Source: Clostridia bacterium (GTDB lineage Bacteria > Bacillota > Clostridia > RGIG6154). Taken from it: a stretch of 16,743 nt of DNA. A program made the position numbers and the translations under genes. Shown here piece by piece: positions 8,546 to 16,741 of the stretch. The stretch spans positions 1 to 16,743 of the forward strand of contig JAZNOU010000009.1 in assembly GCA_045589295.1 (NCBI GenBank), read 5' to 3'. The notes under the pieces are model-generated. The model was not told where the DNA came from, ran no database searches, and saw only the letters and a program-made list of their open reading frames with translations. Position 1 is the first letter of the stretch; each line of letters starts with the position of its first letter.

Positions 8546-8584
8546 AGATGTTCGTTAAAGCCACTGCTTTAAGAGGACCACCCT
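8546..8584 (-). ncRNA. L19 ribosomal protein leader (cis-regulatory RNA)
   Basis: GGGUGGUC-CUC-UUAAAGC-AGUG-GCUUUAA-C-GAACAUCU two-stem hairpin with an internal loop, between promoter and RBS of rplS; fits the Firmicutes L19 leader pattern. Confidence 0.8.
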
Positions 8585-8597
8585 TAATAACCATTGC

Positions 8598-8626
8598 ATT
8601 ATATCACAACATCAAATAAAATGCAA
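8598..8626 (-). promoter_or_regulatory. SigA promoter of rplS
   Basis: TTGCAT-17 nt-TATAAT with a TG extended -10. Confidence 0.8.
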
Positions 8627-8653
8627 GAGTTTTTTTCAAAAAAAGGAAACTTT

Positions 8654-9088
8654 TTATAAATATTGCTTAACATTTTCTAAAAGAGTGTTTTCAAGGTCAA
8701 TAATTTTGTAAGCGATATCCTTGATGTTTTCATCAGCTTCCTTATACTCATTAAGATAACCATTGATTGTTTTAATACCCATATTGCATCCGTCTGTTAT
8801 AAGACCTGCAACAGTTTTGTCGCTTTCATCAATCCCAAGCATAACATTTGTCTTAATCCAGCTCATACCTTTTGCCATAATATTTGGTTCTTTTTCGCTG
8901 TCACCATATTCATTTAAAAGCATTTGTGTTTGTGTTTCCAGTTCCTCGTGCTCATTTTTACTTTTTTTAAGTTTTTCTTCCAAATCCTTACTGTCAATCT
9001 TGTCCAAAACATCATTTAAGGAGCCGATTCCCATTTTAATACCCAGATTGCACTCTCTTAAAAGTTTTACTGTATCTTCTTTTACCAT
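8654..9088 (-). CDS. Hypothetical helical protein, possibly ferritin-like four-helix bundle (DUF2383-like)
   Basis: 144 aa all-helical pattern with repeated C..GIKMG / GCNMGI motifs; strong AAGGAGG RBS. Family assignment is from recall only. Confidence 0.6.
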   Translation of the reverse strand: MVKEDTVKLLRECNLGIKMGIGSLNDVLDKIDSKDLEEKLKKSKNEHEELETQTQMLLNEYGDSEKEPNIMAKGMSWIKTNVMLGIDESDKTVAGLITDGCNMGIKTINGYLNEYKEADENIKDIAYKIIDLENTLLENVKQYL

Positions 9089-9102
9089 TTTTGTTGTCCT
9101 CC

Positions 9103-9131
9103 TTGATTTTTATGCTTTTTTGTGCTACAAT
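9103..9131 (+). promoter_or_regulatory. SigA promoter of ddh
   Basis: TTGATT-17 nt-TACAAT with a TG extended -10. Confidence 0.65.
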
Positions 9132-9182
9132 ATTATATATTTTTCCAAATAGGCAATAATATACATTAAAAGAGGCGATTTT

Positions 9183-10166
9183 ATGAAAATAAGAATAGGT
9201 ATTTTGGGCTACGGAAATTTAGGCCGTGGCGTAGAATGTGCAATAAAGCAAAACACCGACACAGAGCTTGTAGGCGTTTTTACAAGACGTCCGCCTGAGA
9301 GTGTAAAAACTGCAACAAATGCAAATGTTTATAACATTAACGACCTTTTAAGCTTTAAAAATAAAATTGATGTTTTAATCATTTGCGGAGGTAGTGCAAC
9401 AGACCTTCCTGTGCAGACACCCGAATACGCAAAAATCTTTAACGTTGTAGATAGCTTTGACACCCACGCAAAAATTCCCGAGCATTTTGCAAATGTTAAT
9501 AAATCAGCAACAGAGAGCGGAAAAATCGCAATGATTTCAGTCGGCTGGGACCCTGGAATGTTCTCACTTAACAGACTGTACGCAGAAAGCATTTTGCCTT
9601 GCGGAAAAGACTATACTTTCTGGGGCAAAGGCGTAAGTCAGGGACACTCTGATGCAATAAGACGAATTGACGGAGTTTTAGATGCCAAGCAGTATACAAT
9701 CCCCGTAGAAGATGCCTTAAATGCAGTAAGAAGCGGTCAAAACCCCGACCTTAGCATAAGGCAAAAGCACATAAGAGAATGTTTTGTTGTAGTAGATGAA
9801 AATGCCGATAAAGAGCGTATTGAAAATGAAATAAAAACTATGCCGAACTACTTTGCGGACTATGATACAATAGTTCACTTTATTTCGGAAGAAGAACTTA
9901 AAAGAGAGCATAGCGGTATTCCGCACGGCGGATTTGTAATAAGAAGCGGTAAGACAGGACTTAATAATGAAAACAGCCATATTATAGAGTACAGCCTAAA
10001 GCTTGACTCAAACCCTGAATTTACAGCCTCTGTTTTAGTAGCACTTGCAAGAGCAGCATACAAGATGAATACAGAGGGAATGAAAGGCTGTAAAACAATT
10101 TTTGATGTTCCGCCAAGCTATTTATCACCAAAAACTCCTGAAGAGTTAAGAAAGAATTTATTATAA
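9183..10166 (+). CDS. ddh: meso-diaminopimelate D-dehydrogenase
   Basis: GYGNLGRG, CGGSATDLP, VDSFDTHA, SVGWDPG.FSLNR, TFWGKGVSQGHSDA, PHGG and NPEFT motifs. Confidence 0.96.
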   Translation: MKIRIGILGYGNLGRGVECAIKQNTDTELVGVFTRRPPESVKTATNANVYNINDLLSFKNKIDVLIICGGSATDLPVQTPEYAKIFNVVDSFDTHAKIPEHFANVNKSATESGKIAMISVGWDPGMFSLNRLYAESILPCGKDYTFWGKGVSQGHSDAIRRIDGVLDAKQYTIPVEDALNAVRSGQNPDLSIRQKHIRECFVVVDENADKERIENEIKTMPNYFADYDTIVHFISEEELKREHSGIPHGGFVIRSGKTGLNNENSHIIEYSLKLDSNPEFTASVLVALARAAYKMNTEGMKGCKTIFDVPPSYLSPKTPEELRKNLL

Positions 10167-10179
10167 TAACATTTTAAAA

Positions 10180-10430
10180 GGGGATGTAAAAAAAACCCAG
10201 ACCACAAAAATGGCTTGAAATCAATTTGAAAGGATATAACTAAACCTTAAAATTGTGTACAGAATGCAGAAAAATCTCGAAATAATCGAGATTTTTCTTT
10301 TTTTAAGCCCTTTTTGTTACGAAAAAACTTCGCCATTCGACGTATCCATATACGCCTTCAGGTGACCAAAAGCGAGCACAGCTCTGCTTTTGCTCAGTTT
10401 TTCCGTTCTGAATATTTTTTCCTATCCCCC
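10180..10430. mobile_element. Putative MITE-like non-autonomous structured element
   Basis: Imperfect terminal inverted repeats GGGGATGTAAAAAA (10180) / TTTTTTCCTATCCCCC (10415-10430) enclose several nested inverted repeats; no ORF. Confidence 0.45.
10268..10304 (+). terminator. Hairpin/terminator downstream of ddh
   Basis: AGAAAAATCTCGA-aataa-TCGAGATTTTTCT followed by TTTTTT. Confidence 0.65.
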
Positions 10431-10431
10431 C

Positions 10432-10465
10432 AAAAAAATTCCCGCAAGAAAATTCTTGCGGGAAT
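10432..10465 (-). terminator. Intrinsic terminator of the large secreted protein gene
   Basis: ATTCCCGCAAGAA-aa-TTCTTGCGGGAAT followed by a T run on the minus strand, about 20 nt after the stop. Confidence 0.8.
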
Positions 10466-10486
10466 AAATTTGTTTAAGATTAAATC

Positions 10487-13400
10487 TTAAAATTCAAGTT
10501 CTGCAGCCTTATGATATGGTTTCATATTTGTGTATGTATCCCATACAAAGAGCTTAACAGCTTTAACGTTTGAACCATCTTCTACATTGATTGTAACATC
10601 AACAGGTCCTGTTACGCCTACCGGAATTTCTCCGTTTGTAACTGCAACCTGGCTGCAACCAAGCATCTGGTTGTATTCGCCATAAGCTGCAACTACTGCC
10701 CAAACTTTCATTGCATCTGATTCTGGGTTAGTAAATGTTACTTCTGTTGTAACAGCATTACCTGAAATTGTAGCACTTGTTGCTTCAGCAAATACACTTG
10801 TATATGCAGAAATTGTAACATCAACTGCTGTCTTCATCTTATAATAGTCTGGCAAATATGCATCAACTGCTGCCTTATAAGAGCCATTATAAGTTAAGTA
10901 TGCAGGTGTATCACCTATTTTTGGTGTATAAGTACACTCCCATTCCTTTGAATTAGCAATGTCACTTACCAAATACACGTTAGTTGTTCCCTCTTTCAAA
11001 GGATAGATGTCAGCAATTGGATAGTCGTAATAATGATACTGAGTTTTAATGCTATAACCATCTTCATCAGTTAATTCTTTCTTTAACTTGATAGTAAATG
11101 TTTCATTAGCCTGTAATGTATTAGAAAGCTTAACTTCCAATTTATAACCGCCATCTAAAGGTGTAACAGACTCAATACCACCTGATACTTCTTTGCCATC
11201 TTGACCAAGCAAAACAATGTTTGCGTTTGCTGTAGCAGTATCCACATTTACAGGTTTTGTGAATGTAAATGTAACAGCACCTTTAGCTACATTAAATACC
11301 TCGCTTGCACCTGTAACACTTTCAACCTCAAATGCGTCTACAAGATAAGCTTTGAAGTTGTCAATGTAAATTGTTGTAGGTGAAGATGAAGTACCAACTA
11401 CCGCACTCCAGATACCAAACATACCTTGAGCATCACCAACTGTGTTCATATCAAATTTTCGGCCGTACTTATCACCATTTGCAAAATCATAATTTGGACC
11501 AAAATCAAAACGGTCTTCGTTGTTCATTTCATGACCTACTATTTTTGCAACGTCGCCAGCCGGTCTCTTAATCAATTTGCCATCTAAATATATTCTCATT
11601 GTATCAAGTTCAGTTGACTGGTCGATAACTATTCTGAGTTTTTTAGGAGATGTTGTAATCAAATCCGGAGACTCACCTGAAGAATAAGCCCTTGCCCATG
11701 CAGAAACAGGACCATAGGTTCCAAAGTTGGTGCCATAGTGACCACCCTCTGCATAATACTGACCATTATTAAAATTGTTAGCCCATACACCGCCGCCAGT
11801 CGTAACGTTTATGGTGTCTTTTGTTAAAGAAGGTAAAAAGAACGGAGCGGTAGAGCCCATGCTTTCTGCATAAACATCAGCTTCATAAACAAGCTGTTTG
11901 CCTGCATATTCACCTTCTAATTTGAAAGGTGTACGATCAGTACTGAAGTTTCTTCTGAATGAAATAGTATTGTCACTGGTAGTTCCTGAATTTTCTGCGC
12001 TATGGATTTTAAGAACATTTCCTTTTAATCCACCTTCTACACCTGCTGGTGCCTCTACAACTCCGATAAAGCTGATATTAGGATCTTCCGTAGCAGCATT
12101 ATCCACATTATTATCTGGACGCTGTACGTCCCAATTACCAACTCGACGTCTGCCACCACTCCAATTAGCTAAGCTGTTGTCTTTTGGTTGGTCAAACCAG
12201 TTACCTGTAGGATAGGTAAATCCTGAGTCTGACTCAAAGGTTTCGTTAAAGAGTTCTATTGGCTTAGCTGCTCCCAGAATTGTAATATAAAAGCTACCGG
12301 TGAAAATTAAACCGCTGGCTGACACAAGGTTACCGTTTGTTGTAACAGTGTAGTCTGCAGTAGGAAGGTCAGTAAAATCAAAGATAACTTCTTTTTTGTT
12401 TGCACCAAATTCAGCAGTCCAACCCTGGTCTCTTGCAATTACTTCCTGTGTCTCTGTGTTTTTAACAACGATACTATTTGTAATAGCATCATCTTCAACT
12501 TCATGTGTGAATGTAGCAGTAACTTTTGTTTCTCTGCCTGTTTTAAACTTTGTAATAGTATCTTTTGAAAGATCTACTACAAAATCTACTATATTTTCAT
12601 TAACATGCACGTCTATATATGTAGCTTTTGAGTTGTTTTCAAGGCCCTGACCATGTTCGTCAATAAGTTTCGGGTCAATAACAATCTTATAATCTGCACC
12701 TTTAACTAAAGCGCCCGGGTTAATAGTAACTGTTTTATCGTCAGCAGCTAAATCAACTGTAACTCCTGAAACTGTATTACCGTTTTCATCTACCAACGAG
12801 AAGAGTTTATCATAAGTATAGCTTCTATTAACGTTAGCACCGTTGTCGTTTCTTTCCCAAGTACCAACTTCTCTCCTAATTTTCTGGTTAAATACAAGTT
12901 TAATATTTCCACCCTGATAATCTGCTGCGTTGATAGCATCAAATGCAAGTGCATCAATCCAGTAAGCTTCTAAATCATCAATGTAATATTTTGAGTTATT
13001 TCTATCTTGATAATTATAACTGGTAATAGTAAACTGGTTACCCCAGAATGTATCACCCATTGATTTATATCCGCCTTCTGTTAACGTACCATTAGGTAAA
13101 TAGTCAATCACTAAATCGCCTTGAGCCATAGTGTATTTACCATTTTCGCCATGATTAACCGCATCAGCAGCTTTACTAATAACAAGTGAATCGTCTAAGT
13201 AACCTCTTGCTGTATCAGAGTGAGTAGCAGAAAGCGGTTTAGAAACGTCAACAACATGCTTGATTTCAACCCACTTCCCACGTACATCAAAAGCGATTTT
13301 TGTTGACCCCATAGCTATGGGATAAACACATACAGGACTAGTAGTAGATTGCATAACGCTACCTAAGGTTGCACTAATACCAGACGGGCCGTTTTCTCTT

Positions 13401-13933
13401 GCATAATCTTCGTTAGCCGGGTTAACTAAGAACATTGATTCATACTTTGTGAAACCCGCAGGCATATAAATTTTTGCTTTATAAACAAGCTTTTTACCTA
13501 CACCCATTGTAGAACGTGCAATACCATTTTTGTTTTTTGACGCGTTGATTCTGATATGTGAAGCATAACCTTCTTTTACAAATTTGTCACGAAGATCGGG
13601 ATCCCATGCATCAAGTGCCAAAACCGTATTTGTTTCATCAAGTGGGTCTTTAACTATTTTTGCTGAATGTGTTTCATGACCAGAATCACCGAATGGTATG
13701 TTTGCTGTGAAAGCACCTTCTGCAACGCCTTCAGCTTTAACATATCTGTTTGAATCTCTAGATGTTATCCAGTTTGTGCCGCCGATTTCATAATCAAAGC
13801 CTTCTTGGTAAAGATATTCAAGCTGACTTCCCGCATTAGACGCAACAGTTTCTGCAGAAGCGGGAATTACGCATGCAGACATTGTGGTCAAAAGCATAGT
13901 TATTGCGAGCAAAGACGCTAAAATCTTTTTCAC
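10487..13933 (-). CDS. Large secreted/surface modular protein (signal peptide, two lectin/jelly-roll-like domains, three Big_5-like Ig domains, unnamed C-terminal domain)
   Basis: MKKILASLLAITMLL...PASA signal peptide; GAGGAGG RBS; internal repeats (KKLVYKAKIY/KQLVYEADVY, YIDDLEAYWIDA/YIDNFKAYLVDA); Ig-like F....I/V...Y.I.I...L.D..G..L pattern. Confidence 0.8.
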   Translation of the reverse strand: MKKILASLLAITMLLTTMSACVIPASAETVASNAGSQLEYLYQEGFDYEIGGTNWITSRDSNRYVKAEGVAEGAFTANIPFGDSGHETHSAKIVKDPLDETNTVLALDAWDPDLRDKFVKEGYASHIRINASKNKNGIARSTMGVGKKLVYKAKIYMPAGFTKYESMFLVNPANEDYARENGPSGISATLGSVMQSTTSPVCVYPIAMGSTKIAFDVRGKWVEIKHVVDVSKPLSATHSDTARGYLDDSLVISKAADAVNHGENGKYTMAQGDLVIDYLPNGTLTEGGYKSMGDTFWGNQFTITSYNYQDRNNSKYYIDDLEAYWIDALAFDAINAADYQGGNIKLVFNQKIRREVGTWERNDNGANVNRSYTYDKLFSLVDENGNTVSGVTVDLAADDKTVTINPGALVKGADYKIVIDPKLIDEHGQGLENNSKATYIDVHVNENIVDFVVDLSKDTITKFKTGRETKVTATFTHEVEDDAITNSIVVKNTETQEVIARDQGWTAEFGANKKEVIFDFTDLPTADYTVTTNGNLVSASGLIFTGSFYITILGAAKPIELFNETFESDSGFTYPTGNWFDQPKDNSLANWSGGRRRVGNWDVQRPDNNVDNAATEDPNISFIGVVEAPAGVEGGLKGNVLKIHSAENSGTTSDNTISFRRNFSTDRTPFKLEGEYAGKQLVYEADVYAESMGSTAPFFLPSLTKDTINVTTGGGVWANNFNNGQYYAEGGHYGTNFGTYGPVSAWARAYSSGESPDLITTSPKKLRIVIDQSTELDTMRIYLDGKLIKRPAGDVAKIVGHEMNNEDRFDFGPNYDFANGDKYGRKFDMNTVGDAQGMFGIWSAVVGTSSSPTTIYIDNFKAYLVDAFEVESVTGASEVFNVAKGAVTFTFTKPVNVDTATANANIVLLGQDGKEVSGGIESVTPLDGGYKLEVKLSNTLQANETFTIKLKKELTDEDGYSIKTQYHYYDYPIADIYPLKEGTTNVYLVSDIANSKEWECTYTPKIGDTPAYLTYNGSYKAAVDAYLPDYYKMKTAVDVTISAYTSVFAEATSATISGNAVTTEVTFTNPESDAMKVWAVVAAYGEYNQMLGCSQVAVTNGEIPVGVTGPVDVTINVEDGSNVKAVKLFVWDTYTNMKPYHKAAELEF

Positions 13934-14023
13934 AATAATTCCTCCTCTTTTAAATGTTAATTTTTTTGTTGAGGTGTTTCTTTAAAACAAGGGCATTAGT
14001 CTAAAGTACACCGATACAGAATT

Positions 14024-14052
14024 ATTATAAATCTTTTTCCTATAAATGTCAA
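14024..14052 (-). promoter_or_regulatory. Perfect-consensus SigA promoter of the large secreted protein gene
   Basis: TTGACA-17 nt-TATAAT on the minus strand. Confidence 0.85.
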
Positions 14053-14104
14053 GTGTTAATTTGTGTTTTTTTTAACGTGTTTTTTTGACATTGATTATGC
14101 ATTA

Positions 14105-14132
14105 AAACGGCGAGTGAAACCACTCGCCGTTT
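14105..14132 (-). terminator. Intrinsic terminator after the clp gene
   Basis: AAACGGCGAGTG-aaac-CACTCGCCGTTT 12 bp perfect stem, 14 nt past the stop. Confidence 0.8.
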
Positions 14133-14146
14133 ATACATTTTTCTAC

Positions 14147-16741
14147 CTATTTAATTATAACAAATTTTTCACCATTATAATCTATACTTATGCTGTCTCC
14201 TTTTAAAACCTTGCCCTCAAGCATTTGCTCTGCCAACAAATCCTCTATTTCTGAGGTTATTGCGCGACGCAAAGGGCGCGCCCCGTAAACGGGGTCAAAG
14301 CCTGTTTTTGCAAGATGTGAAACTGCTTCCTTTGTAACTGTCATTTCTATTTCGTTTTCTTTAAGGCGGTTTATTAATCCTGCAAGCATTTTTTCAGCTA
14401 TCTGTTCAATTTCTTCTTCTACAAGCTGTTTGAACACAATTATATCATCAATTCTGTTCAAAAACTCAGGGCGGAAGGTATTTTTAAGCTCAGAAAGAAC
14501 TTTATTTTTGATATCCTGATAGTTTGTGTCTGTTTTTTCATCGCTTTGTGCAAACCCAAACGCTTTTGGTGTTTCGGTTATTCTTAATGCGCCAACGTTA
14601 GACGTCAATATTATTATTGTGTTCTTAAAGTCGATTTTTCTTCCCTGTGAATCTGTCAAAATCCCGTCCTCTAAAATTTGAAGCAGAATATTAAACACAT
14701 CGGGGTGGGCCTTCTCTACCTCGTCAAAGAGGACCACACTGTAGGGCCGGCGGCGCACGGCCTCCGTCAGCTGGCCGCCCTCCTCGTAGCCCACATAGCC
14801 GGGAGGGGCGCCGATGAGCCGGGACACGGCGAATTTTTCCATATATTCGGACATATCGATGCGGACCATGTTGCTCTCGTCGTCAAAGAGGGCACCCGCC
14901 AGGGTTTTGGCCAGCTCCGTCTTGCCCACGCCCGTGGGACCCAGGAACAGGAAGGAGCCGATGGGCCGGTTGGGGTCACTGATGCCCGCCCGGCTGCGCT
15001 GGATGGCCTCGGTGACGGCGGTGACCGCCTCGTCCTGACCCACCACCCGCTGGTGGAGGGTCTCGTCCAGCTTCAGAAGCTTTTCCCGTTCGCCCTGCAC
15101 CAGCCGGGAGACGGGGATGCCCGTCCACCGCTCCACGATCTTGGCGATCTCCTCGTCGGAGACGCGGTCGCGGAGGATGCTGTTTTCCTTTGCCGCGGCG
15201 GCCTTCTGTTCCTCGCGGATAAGCTGCCGCTCCAGCTCCGGACGGCGGCCGTATTTCAGCTCGGCGGCCTTCTCCAGATCATACCGCTGCTCGGCGGCCT
15301 CGATCTGGCGGCTCAGATCCTCCAGCTGCTCGCGAAGCTGCTGGACATGGCCGATGGCGGCCTTTTCATTTTCCCACTGAGCCTTGCGGGCGTTGAAGCT
15401 CTCCCGCTCCTCGGCCAGCTCCTTCTGCAGGTCAGCCAGCCGGGCACGGCTCAGGTCATCCTCTTCCTTCTTCAGCGCGGCCTCCTCGATCTCCAGCTGG
15501 ATGATCCGGCGGGATACGGCGTCCAGCTCACTGGGCATGGAGTCCATCTCCGTACGGATCTGGGCGCAGGCCTCGTCCACCAGGTCGATGGCCTTGTCCG
15601 GGAGAAAGCGGTCGGTGATATAGGGGTGGGTGAGTGTGGCGGCGGCGATGATGGCGGAGTCCGCGATCTTGACGCCGTGGAAGACCTCGTACCGCTCCTT
15701 CAGACCCCGCAGGATGGTGATGGTGTCCTCCACCGTAGGCTCATTCACCAGCACACTCTGGAACCGCCGCTCCAGAGCCGCGTCCTTCTCGATATACTGG
15801 CGGTACTCGTCCAGGGTGGTGGCACCGATGCAGTGGAGTTCGCCCCGGGCCACCATGGGCTTGAGCAGGTTGCCCGCGTCCATGGCTCCGTCGGTCTTGC
15901 CCGCGCCCACGATGGTGTGCAGTTCATCGATAAAGAGGATGATCCTGCCCTCGGACTCCTTGACCTCGGTCAGCACGGCCTTCAGCCGCTCCTCGAATTC
16001 GCCGCGGTATTTCGCACCGGCGATCAGCGCGCCCATGTCCAGGGAGAAGATGGTCTTGTCCTGGAGGGATTTGGGCACATCCTTTTTCACGATTCGCTGG
16101 GCAAGTCCTTCGGCGATGGCGGTCTTGCCGACACCGGGCTCGCCGATGAGGACGGGATTGTTTTTGGTCTTCCGGGACAGAATGCGGATGACGTTGCGGA
16201 TTTCTTCATCTCTGCCGATGACGGGATCCATCTTCTGTTCCCGGGCCCGCTTGACGAGATCGGTGCCGTACTTGCCCAGAGCCTCGTAGGTGCCCTCGGG
16301 GTTGTCGGTGGTGACCCGCTGGGAGCCACGGACGGACTGGAGGGAGCGCAGGGCGTCCTCCTTTGTCACCCGGTAGGTGTCGAGGAGGGTCTTGGTGATG
16401 CCCCGGGCGGTCTCCAGCAGTCCCAGGAACAGGTGCTCCACGGAAACGTAGTCGTCGTGCATGGCGGCGGCCTGATTTTCCGCGGCGGTGAAGGTCTCGT
16501 CCAGTGCGCTCGACAGGTACAGCTGGTCGGAGCCGCCGCTGACGGCGGGCAGCCTGGAAAGCTCCTGATTCACGGCGGCGGTCAGACTCTCGGTGACCAC
16601 GCCCATCTTCTTCAGAAGCTGGGGCACCAGCCCGCCCTCCTGGTTCAAAAGGGCGCGGAGCAGATGCAGCTGCTCGATCTGGGGATTGCGCCGGGTCCGG
16701 GCGATGGACTGGCTGAGCTGAACGGCCTCGATGGATTTCTG
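14147..16741 (-). CDS. clpB: Hsp100 AAA+ chaperone: ClpB (high-GC, about 14700-16743) joined in frame to a ClpC-type C-terminus (low-GC, 14147-14700); 5' end just outside window
   Basis: The frame stays open upstream of 16648 ([32 protein letters not shown]); two Walker A motifs ([16 protein letters not shown]) and a long ClpB middle domain; the tail has a ClpC-like TSNVGA...FGF loop. Confidence 0.85.
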   Translation of the reverse strand, partial: QKSIEAVQLSQSIARTRRNPQIEQLHLLRALLNQEGGLVPQLLKKMGVVTESLTAAVNQELSRLPAVSGGSDQLYLSSALDETFTAAENQAAAMHDDYVSVEHLFLGLLETARGITKTLLDTYRVTKEDALRSLQSVRGSQRVTTDNPEGTYEALGKYGTDLVKRAREQKMDPVIGRDEEIRNVIRILSRKTKNNPVLIGEPGVGKTAIAEGLAQRIVKKDVPKSLQDKTIFSLDMGALIAGAKYRGEFEERLKAVLTEVKESEGRIILFIDELHTIVGAGKTDGAMDAGNLLKPMVARGELHCIGATTLDEYRQYIEKDAALERRFQSVLVNEPTVEDTITILRGLKERYEVFHGVKIADSAIIAAATLTHPYITDRFLPDKAIDLVDEACAQIRTEMDSMPSELDAVSRRIIQLEIEEAALKKEEDDLSRARLADLQKELAEERESFNARKAQWENEKAAIGHVQQLREQLEDLSRQIEAAEQRYDLEKAAELKYGRRPELERQLIREEQKAAAAKENSILRDRVSDEEIAKIVERWTGIPVSRLVQGEREKLLKLDETLHQRVVGQDEAVTAVTEAIQRSRAGISDPNRPIGSFLFLGPTGVGKTELAKTLAGALFDDESNMVRIDMSEYMEKFAVSRLIGAPPGYVGYEEGGQLTEAVRRRPYSVVLFDEVEKAHPDVFNILLQILEDGILTDSQGRKIDFKNTIIILTSNVGALRITETPKAFGFAQSDEKTDTNYQDIKNKVLSELKNTFRPEFLNRIDDIIVFKQLVEEEIEQIAEKMLAGLINRLKENEIEMTVTKEAVSHLAKTGFDPVYGARPLRRAITSEIEDLLAEQMLEGKVLKGDSISIDYNGEKFVIIK

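Noticed and set aside
9120-9148. Possible dif-like Xer site (TGTGCTACAATATTATATATT)
   Set aside because: The XerD arm TTATGTTAA is missing, and the sequence is explained as the ddh -10 region.
10167-10486. CRISPR array or lysine riboswitch near ddh
   Set aside because: No regularly spaced direct repeats; the region is downstream of ddh, and the ddh leader is too short for a lysine riboswitch.
873-12650. Many short antisense or overlapping ORFs within rpsT, xerD, the aminotransferase, yraN, rbgA, ddh and the large gene
   Set aside because: They overlap well-supported genes and have no motifs or RBS.
15117-16289. Plus-strand ORFs (87, 79 and 219 aa) antisense to clpB
   Set aside because: Typical shadow ORFs of a GC-rich coding strand.
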